Assembly (NCBI GenBank): GCA_035517615.1
Contig: DATIYM010000035.1
Location: 1,493 to 65,492, forward strand
DNA length: 64,000 bases
Origin: Gemmatimonadales bacterium
Lineage (GTDB): Bacteria > Gemmatimonadota > Gemmatimonadetes > Gemmatimonadales > GWC2-71-9
Direction of reading: 5' to 3'
This document shows, piece by piece, positions 57,051 through 64,000 of this stretch. Position 1 is the first letter of the stretch; each line of letters starts with the position of its first letter. A model generated the notes under the pieces. The model worked only from the letters and a program-made list of their open reading frames with translations. It ran no database searches and was not told the origin of the DNA. The position numbers and the translations under genes are program-made.

Positions 57051-57683
57051 ATGATTGTCAGCGTAGTCTTGTTCGCGGCTCTGGCGAGCGCGCCGGGTCC
57101 GGGCGCGCCCGCCCGTGCTGATGAGCTGCGGGTGTTCCTGGATCTCACCGATGCGACTGGTGGGGTGTTCCAGACGGCACTCGAGAGTGAGCTGCGCTCG
57201 CTGGGGGACGTCCTGATCGTGAAGGACTTGGAGGGCGCGAATTACGTGCTGCGGGTGGCGGTGCAGTGCAGCGCGACGCCGTGCGAGAAGGCAGACCAGT
57301 ATCTCTTCGTGTTCGAGATTGCCCGGCCCTTGCGTGAGGGGATGGTAACGCTTCCGCTGCGGCTGGCGCTCGCCCAGCACGGGGTGCGGATGTCGGCCGG
57401 CGATGCGGCGGCGGTCGGGGACGAGCTGTACAATGATTTGAGCGAGTACGAACGCCCGGCGCCACTGCGGGTCGAACGCTGGTCCCGAAAGGACTATCGC
57501 AGCGAGATACGGGACTTCGTGACGCGGCTCGATCGGGAGTGCCTGGAGTTCGACCGCCTGACGCTCAGGGCACAGGCGGCGCTCGCAGCGCACGATTCGG
57601 TGAATGCCGCAGCGTTGTGGCGAGAAGAAACACGGGCGCGGCGCAACAGCGATCTCTGTGCGGAGCAGGTCGTGGGCCAATAA
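57051..57683 (+). CDS. hypothetical secreted protein
   Basis: Trimmed to MIVSVVLFAALASAPGPGAPARA (residue 52). No motif recognised. Confidence 0.5.
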   Translation: MIVSVVLFAALASAPGPGAPARADELRVFLDLTDATGGVFQTALESELRSLGDVLIVKDLEGANYVLRVAVQCSATPCEKADQYLFVFEIARPLREGMVTLPLRLALAQHGVRMSAGDAAAVGDELYNDLSEYERPAPLRVERWSRKDYRSEIRDFVTRLDRECLEFDRLTLRAQAALAAHDSVNAAALWREETRARRNSDLCAEQVVGQ

Positions 57684-57878
57684 CGGTGGGGATCGTGAGT
57701 CCCAAGGCGCGTCTTTGATCTTCACGCCGTCGCCCGCGCTGGAACTCTATTGGCATGCCGGCTGGCCCCGTGGGGCCGGGCATTGCAGGAATCGACCGGA
57801 TGTCGCGAGCGACAGCGAGCGATGACGGCCAAGATCCGGCCGGGCGTGCGCAGGGCCGCGACGGAGTCGCAGCCCAAG

Positions 57879-57951
57879 CAGGCCCGGCAGGAATCGAACC
57901 TGCAACCCCCGGTTTTGGAGACCGGTGCTCTACCAATTGAGCTACGGACCT
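57879..57951 (-). tRNA. tRNA-Trp (anticodon CCA)
   Basis: The reverse complement reads AGGTCCGTAGCTCAATTGGTAGAGCACCGGTCTCCAAAACCGGGGGTTGCAGGTTCGATTCCTGCCGGGCCTG. Confidence 0.93.
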
Positions 57952-58754
57952 AAGAATTGCTACCGCTGCAAGTTACAGAATACGGGACGAGCGCGAAAGG
58001 CGCACTGTCAACGCGAGGTCTCGGCGTCCGGATCATCACCGACACAGGACCCACGCCATCCAGCGCCGCACGGAGCGAGAGCTCCGCGTCATCCACGATC
58101 AACGGTCCATTCACGGCGATGGCGAGCGAGCGCTTGCCCTTGTCGAACTCCCACCGGTACACCTCGTCGGGACGGTGTCGAAAGTTGATGCACCGGTGAC
58201 TCAACAGCTCGCGAGGTGACGCGGGCTTGGGGTGCGATTCGAAGTACGCGGGCGAGCCCACGATCGCCGCTCGCAGGTCCCGCGACACGCGGACCGCCGC
58301 CATGTCCTTCTCGATCTACTCCATGAGGTGGATCCCGGCGTCGAAACCCTCGGCGACGAGGTCGACGCGGCGCTCCTGGATCGTGACGTCGAGCACCACC
58401 TTGGGGTAGTCGCGCGCCAACTGCCCCACCTTCGGCGCGATCACGGTCATCGCGGCGAGCCGCGATACCGCCACACGCACGCGGCCCGCCGGCCGTTCCC
58501 GCAGCCCGGAGATCAGGTCCAGGGCCCCGTGGATGTCGCCAAGTGCCGGGCGCAGTCGCGCCACGAGCTGTGCTCCGGCATCGGTCGGTGCGACGCTCCG
58601 CGTGGTGCGCGCGAGCAGCCGCACGCCGAACCGGTCCTCCAACCCGCGAATCGCGTGGCTCAGCGCCGAGGGAGACACACCCAGTCGTTTCGCCGCCCGC
58701 GCAAATCGATTTTTGCCGCTACTCAGCTGGCAACTGCGCCTGTACGCTTGGCAT
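57952..58754 (-). pseudogene. LysR-family regulator, decayed (in-frame TAG, damaged N-terminus, 3' truncation next to tRNA-Trp)
   Basis: The [38 protein letters not shown] and FDAGIHLME are followed by TAG (58316-58318). The same frame then reads IEKDMAAVRVSRDLRAAIVGSPAYF...RWEFDKGKRSLAIAVNGPLIVDD...AALDGVG. The last ~50 aa typical of LysR proteins are absent. The only upstream ATG (58754) is out of frame. Confidence 0.7.
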
Positions 58755-58770
58755 CGAGGAGGCAGTCCAC

Positions 58771-60197
<1,427 letters not shown>

Positions 60198-60320
60198 GCG
60201 GACGGGAGGCGCTGCGCGTATACCGTGTCGTGCTCGGCGCGGCGCTCAACGTTGGCTTCACCCCGATGAAGGCCAGGGAGAGACGCTGAACGGCCTCCGC
60301 GCAGTCGACGAGGTGACCGG

Positions 60321-60835
60321 ATGAAGGTACTGGCCGTCGGTGCGACAGGCAGCATCGGACGCCTCGTCGTTGATGAAGCGCTTCGCGAGGGCCATGCCGT
60401 GCGCGCGCTGGTGCGCAACCCAGCAAGGGCGCGCCAGCTTCCTCCGAACGTGGAGCGCGTCGTGGGCGACGTCACTCGACCCGATACCCTTTCCGGCGTG
60501 ACCGATGGCGTCGATGCGATCGTCTTCACGCTGGGCTCGGACGACGGCGGAAGGGTGGGCGCTGAAATGGTCGACTACGGTGGCGTGCGCAACGTTCTGC
60601 GTGCGCTGGTTCCGCGGAGCGCGCGCATCGTACTGATGACGGCGATCGGCGTCACAAACCGCACCGGACGAGCACCGGCTCGTCCTTCTGCAGGGCGATA
60701 GGCGGCAGGCGGGCGATGCTAGCGACGGCGGACCCGCCGGGCGCGCTGGACGGCGTGCACGACACGGCGAACATGCCGCTCGAGGACGAGCCACCGCGGG
60801 TGCGGAACGACTTGAGCGCGATGCTCGCGCACTGA
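60321..60835 (+). pseudogene. NAD(P)H-binding atypical SDR (NmrA-like), internally deleted and frameshifted
   Basis: The intact Rossmann N-terminus MKVLAVGATGSIGRLVVDEAL...DYGGVRNVL...LMTAIGVTNR stops prematurely at 60701. Other frames downstream carry family-like pieces (EHRLVLLQGD; ...NDLSAMLAH, with a stop at 60833-60835). About 55 codons, including the expected ...YTIVRPG... segment, are missing. Confidence 0.55.
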
Positions 60836-61032
60836 TCGTCAGCCAATCCTCTAGTGCGGAGGAACCCTGCACTGCCCCGACGCGCTCACTCGATAATGGT
60901 GTAACCCCCACGTAGACCTGTTTCACCCCGCGAATCACAACAGAGACCCACTAAGAAATCATCAAGAATATGAACGCGTCTGAACCGGGATTCGTAACCC
61001 ATCAGGAGCGAGAGAACCCAATCGAGGGCCCC

Positions 61033-61401
61033 ATGAAACCGGTATTGCCATTGCTCGTTGCCGTTGCGCTCGCTGTGGCCTTGCTCGGCTGTACGCAGCA
61101 GGTCCCCATCCTGGCCCCGGCACAGTTCGTCAAGGACAGCACACCGCAAGCGATCTGGATCAGCTGGAACGATCAGCGCAAGGTCCGCATGGATTCCCCG
61201 TCGCTCCACGACGATACGCTCGTCGGCCTCGTGAATGGCGAGGAAACACGGGTCGCGTTGGCCGATATCACCGCCGCAACCGTCGAGCAGAAGAACACCG
61301 ACAAATTTGTGAAGTATTCAGTCGTCATCGGCGCCACCGCTGTCGCCGCGGTCCTGCTCTACAAGGTCACCCACCAGGCGAGCTTCCCCGCAGAACATTG
61401 A
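61033..61401 (+). CDS. paralogue 7 (most divergent) of the small WVT/GDTL lipoprotein family
   Basis: Trimmed to MKPVLPLLVAVALAVALLGC (residue 22). The core reads AIWISWNDQR...LHDDTLVGLVNGEETRVALADI and the TM is KYSVVIGATAVAAVLLYKV. There is no Cys tail. Confidence 0.65.
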   Translation: MKPVLPLLVAVALAVALLGCTQQVPILAPAQFVKDSTPQAIWISWNDQRKVRMDSPSLHDDTLVGLVNGEETRVALADITAATVEQKNTDKFVKYSVVIGATAVAAVLLYKVTHQASFPAEH

Positions 61402-61454
61402 TCGCCACCTGTCCCGCTGCGGATCGCAACGGGACAGGATAGGTTTACTGCACG

Positions 61455-61889
61455 ATGCCGCTCGCTCCCCGCACGGTTCTGTCGCTCGCTTGTCTGCCCC
61501 TGCTGGTCGGTGCGGCAGCCGCCTGCCACAAGATGCGCCCCGTCGAGGCCGCGCAACTCTCGAGCAAGACGCTCGAACGCGTGTGGGTCACGAAATCGGA
61601 CGATGTGTCGATTGTGCTGGTCAATCCCCAATTGCGCGGCGACACCTTGGCCGGCTTTGTCGACGGCGCGTACCAGGAGATGCCGCTTTCGCAGGCGCGC
61701 TCGATGCGCGCGCGGGAGCCGGACTATGGACGCACGGCCCTGCTCGCCGGGGCCGCCACCGCTGCCGCGCTTGCCAGCTTCGTCTACTTCGAGAATCGTT
61801 CATATGTCGGCGGTGGCGAAGCCTGCTCGGAGGATATCCAGCAACAGCAGCAGATCGACCTGCACTGCGGGGGGCCGTGTCCGTGTTGA
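61455..61889 (+). CDS. paralogue 8 of the small WVT/GDTL lipoprotein family
   Basis: Lipobox GAAAAC. The core reads RVWVTKSDDV...LRGDTLAGFVDGAYQEMPLSQA (very close to paralogue 1). The TM is GRTALLAGAATAAALASFVYF and the tail is ...EACSED...LHCGGPCPC. Confidence 0.7.
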   Translation: MPLAPRTVLSLACLPLLVGAAAACHKMRPVEAAQLSSKTLERVWVTKSDDVSIVLVNPQLRGDTLAGFVDGAYQEMPLSQARSMRAREPDYGRTALLAGAATAAALASFVYFENRSYVGGGEACSEDIQQQQQIDLHCGGPCPC

Positions 61890-61911
61890 ACGGAGCGACG
61901 GCAACGGCAAG

Positions 61912-61986
61912 GGTGGCTGACGGGAATTGAACCCGCAACCTCTGGAGCCACAGTCCAGCGCTCTAACCGATTGAGCTACAGCCACC
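61912..61986 (-). tRNA. tRNA-His (anticodon GTG) with encoded G-1
   Basis: The reverse complement reads GGTGGCTGTAGCTCAATCGGTTAGAGCGCTGGACTGTGGCTCCAGAGGTTGCGGGTTCAATTCCCGTCAGCCACC. The extra 5' G pairs with discriminator C, as is typical for tRNA-His. Confidence 0.93.
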
Positions 61987-62041
61987 ACGTGCGCCCGCAA
62001 TCTACCCGCGGACGCTCGTCGTTGGTACAGCGTGGGTGCGG

Positions 62042-62662
62042 CTACGCCTGCTGATGCGCCTCCACGAACCACAACCACTTGTCCACGCCACGGGAGATCT
62101 CCGTCAGAATGTCGGCGGAGTCCGCGTCATCGAGCTCGTCCATCTCGCCGATGCCCATACGGACCGCACGGCCGAACCCGGCCAGCGCATCCGACAACGC
62201 GGCCACATGCTCCGCGCCGGTTGACAGGCCGAGCGGGTAATCGAGCAGCGTGGACCGCTCGGCGACGACACCCACCGTCCCCTCGGCCACGCCGCCGAGC
62301 TGCACGACGCGCTCGGCGATCAGATCCACGTACTCCTCCGCATCCTCGTTGATCTCGTCAAACAGCTTGTGCAGCGCGATGAAGGTCGGCCCCTTCACGT
62401 TCCAGTGTGCCTGCTTGCACTGCGTCTGCAGGTCGATGCCGTCGGCCAACCGCTGGTTGAGCAGCTCGATGACCTGCACGCGGGTCGCTTGAGGCAAATC
62501 GTTTTTTGTCTGATAGATGCGCGGCTGTTCCGGCTCGCGCTCCACCGCAGGGGACGAATGGACTCGTGGGGCCGGAGGGGCGGACGGCGCCGACGAATTA
62601 CGGGAGTTGGTACGCGGCTTGGCAGCGTAGCGGTCGTTGCGGGTACGGGTGGTGCGAGCCAT
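62042..62662 (-). CDS. dps: Dps (DNA-binding ferritin-like protein) with ~55-aa basic/Pro-rich N-terminal extension
   Basis: LNQRLADGIDLQTQCKQAHWNVKGPTFIALHKLFDEINEDAEEYVDLIAERVVQLGG plus ILTEISRGVDKWLWFVEAH. The N-terminus is MARTTRTRNDRYAAKPRTNSRN. Confidence 0.9.
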   Translation of the reverse strand: MARTTRTRNDRYAAKPRTNSRNSSAPSAPPAPRVHSSPAVEREPEQPRIYQTKNDLPQATRVQVIELLNQRLADGIDLQTQCKQAHWNVKGPTFIALHKLFDEINEDAEEYVDLIAERVVQLGGVAEGTVGVVAERSTLLDYPLGLSTGAEHVAALSDALAGFGRAVRMGIGEMDELDDADSADILTEISRGVDKWLWFVEAHQQA

Positions 62663-62703
62663 GGGGTGGTTCTCCTCTTCCTCTCGTTGTCTTCACACAC
62701 AGC

Positions 62704-63072
62704 CTAGTTCTTCGCGTGCAAGCGGGTCTGCTCCGCCATCAATGCGATGAGGTCGTCGATCTCCTGATCGGTCAGGTCCATGTTGGGCATCTGCAAGTCA
62801 TACTGCGCGCGGATGGTGCGAGATGTCCGATCATCCGGCGCCTGGGGATCCTTGAGCCATTTGCGCAGCCACGCCAGACTGCGGCGATCCGTGACCCCAA
62901 CCAGATCGGGGCCGGTCGACTGCTGCCGGCCGAAAGCGTGGCAACCACCGCACTCCTTCACGTTCCACACGTGCTGACCCCGGCTGGCCAGGGAGGTATC
63001 GATGGTCGCCTGCGCCTGCGCCGCCCGATCGACTCCCGTTGCGATCCACAGCGTGAGTAACAAGAAACACAT
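62704..63072 (-). CDS. class I c-type cytochrome (copy A of a tandem pair)
   Basis: Trimmed to MCFLLLTLWIATGVDRAAQAQ (residue 17). The haem site is CGGCH, and the distal Met is in QYDLQMPNM. Confidence 0.8.
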   Translation of the reverse strand: MCFLLLTLWIATGVDRAAQAQATIDTSLASRGQHVWNVKECGGCHAFGRQQSTGPDLVGVTDRRSLAWLRKWLKDPQAPDDRTSRTIRAQYDLQMPNMDLTDQEIDDLIALMAEQTRLHAKN

Positions 63073-63133
63073 GCGACCCACTTCCAATTCCTCCCGCGAG
63101 TACGGGCTTGCTGGAAACATACTGCTGGTGCAA

Positions 63134-63159
63134 AGGCCCCGGCTCCAAGGCCGGGGCCT
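63134..63159 (-). terminator. GC-rich hairpin between the two cytochrome c genes (weak terminator / REP-like element)
   Basis: AGGCCCCGGC (63134-63143), a 6-nt loop, then GCCGGGGCCT (63150-63159). On the minus strand only TTTG follows. Confidence 0.4.
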
Positions 63160-63172
63160 CTCACGTCGCGGA

Positions 63173-63562
63173 CTACTTCTTCGCGTGTAGCTGACTCTGT
63201 TGCGCCAAATAGGCGATCACGTCATCAACCTGCTCATCGGTCAGACTCATGTCGGGCATCTGCGAGCCGTATTGCTTGCGCAGCGCCCGTGCCGTGGGGT
63301 CGTCGGGCGCGCTGGGATTCTTGAGCCAGGCATGCAGCCATTCGGGGCTGCGACGGTCGGTGACCCCCACTAAGTCCGGACCGGTGGATTGCTGCCGTCC
63401 AAAGCTGTGGCAGCCGCGGCACTGGCGTGAATCCCACAAATGCTGGCCGCGAGCCGCCCTCACGGGGTCGACAGAGGTCGCTTGCGCGGCCAACGGATTC
63501 GAACGTGCGATTGCCAGAGTCGCAACGACTGCGGTGAGCAGGACAGAACACGTGCGCCCCAT
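63173..63562 (-). CDS. class I c-type cytochrome (copy B of a tandem pair)
   Basis: Signal MGRTCSVLLTAVVATLAIARS and haem site CRGCH. A long identical stretch, FGRQQSTGPDLVGVTDRRS, is shared with copy A. Confidence 0.8.
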   Translation of the reverse strand: MGRTCSVLLTAVVATLAIARSNPLAAQATSVDPVRAARGQHLWDSRQCRGCHSFGRQQSTGPDLVGVTDRRSPEWLHAWLKNPSAPDDPTARALRKQYGSQMPDMSLTDEQVDDVIAYLAQQSQLHAKK

Positions 63563-63633
63563 TTGAGAACCTCCGCTGGTGAGTAACTGCCGAGAGGGAA
63601 ACGTACGCGCTATTTCGGCGGCGAGCGAGCGGC

Positions 63634-63668
63634 AAAAAAACGAGGCCCCGGCTCGGTGCCGGGGCCTC
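63634..63668 (-). terminator. intrinsic terminator downstream of the YceI-like gene
   Basis: The minus strand reads GAGGCCCCGG - CACCGAG - CCGGGGCCTC followed by GTTTTTTT (A7 at 63634-63640 on the plus strand). Confidence 0.65.
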
Positions 63669-63691
63669 TCCCGTGCGACTGTTTCTGGCTA

Positions 63692-64000
63692 CTACAGCGG
63701 TTGGGGACGGAGCACCAAATCAACGCCCATCCACAGCTGCTTCCAGATGCCCATGCCGACGCCCAGTCCGAGCGCCATCTTCGAGATGCCGTACTTGCTC
63801 CAGAGATCGTTACCGGTCATGTACCACCGCCCGCGGACGCGGATCCCGCCGGCATCATGCCACTCCTGGATCGCGATGGTAAGGGGCTTGGTGGTCCCGT
63901 GCAGGTACAGCGACCCAACGGCATCGGCATGGACCGTATCGCGGCCACCGTGCCGGATGTTCATCAGGCTGTCGATCGTGAAGGTGATCTGCGGATACTT
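63692..64000 (-). CDS. YceI-like periplasmic protein, N-terminus beyond the window edge
   Basis: The frame is open to position 64000. It reads ...KYPQITFTIDSLMNIRHGG...AVGSLYLHGTTKPLTIAI..., which is typical of YceI-family strands. Confidence 0.65.
   Translation of the reverse strand, partial: KYPQITFTIDSLMNIRHGGRDTVHADAVGSLYLHGTTKPLTIAIQEWHDAGGIRVRGRWYMTGNDLWSKYGISKMALGLGVGMGIWKQLWMGVDLVLRPQPL

Overview
High-GC bacterial chromosomal segment with about 70 protein-coding genes, 7 tRNA genes and no rRNA or CRISPR array. The gene content (GWxTD protein, DUF4136 lipoproteins, a DUF3300/DUF2950 pair, many outer-membrane barrels and lipoproteins) suggests a Gemmatimonadota- or Acidobacteriota-like soil bacterium. 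That taxonomic placement is inference only.

Positions 1-11.9 kb are visibly less GC-rich than the rest. They look like a mobile or defence island abutting tRNA-Thr:
- An S8 peptidase.
- An IS3-family remnant that truncates a decayed type I restriction hsdR gene.
- A tightly packed four-gene operon: a Zn-finger/GNAT-like protein, a UvrD-type SF1 helicase, and two proteins with HEPN-type R-x4-H motifs. I cannot match this combination to any named defence system, and it is the main candidate for a novel system.
- A phased 12-bp repeat array.
- An excisionase-like HTH gene, a second HTH gene and a tyrosine integrase.

The remaining ~52 kb is core-like:
- Housekeeping genes: def, dps and a 5'-3' exonuclease.
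- Signalling genes: several two-component systems and a GGDEF cyclase.
- Envelope and redox genes: a PQQ sugar dehydrogenase, a di-haem DUF1111 protein, a DUF748 giant protein, a fused membrane/spermidine-synthase-like protein and tandem cytochromes c.

The second notable signal is eight dispersed paralogues (34-62 kb) of a small lipoprotein family. Each has a lipobox, a conserved WVT...GDTL-GF...E-PL core, a C-terminal TM helix and often a Cys-rich tail.

Several genes show single-base frame breaks at G/C homopolymer runs, often right at their starts. These could be assembly artefacts rather than true pseudogenes, and that caveat applies to every frameshift call below. All coordinates for alternative starts were derived by counting residues in the supplied ORF track, whose M can stand for GTG or TTG.
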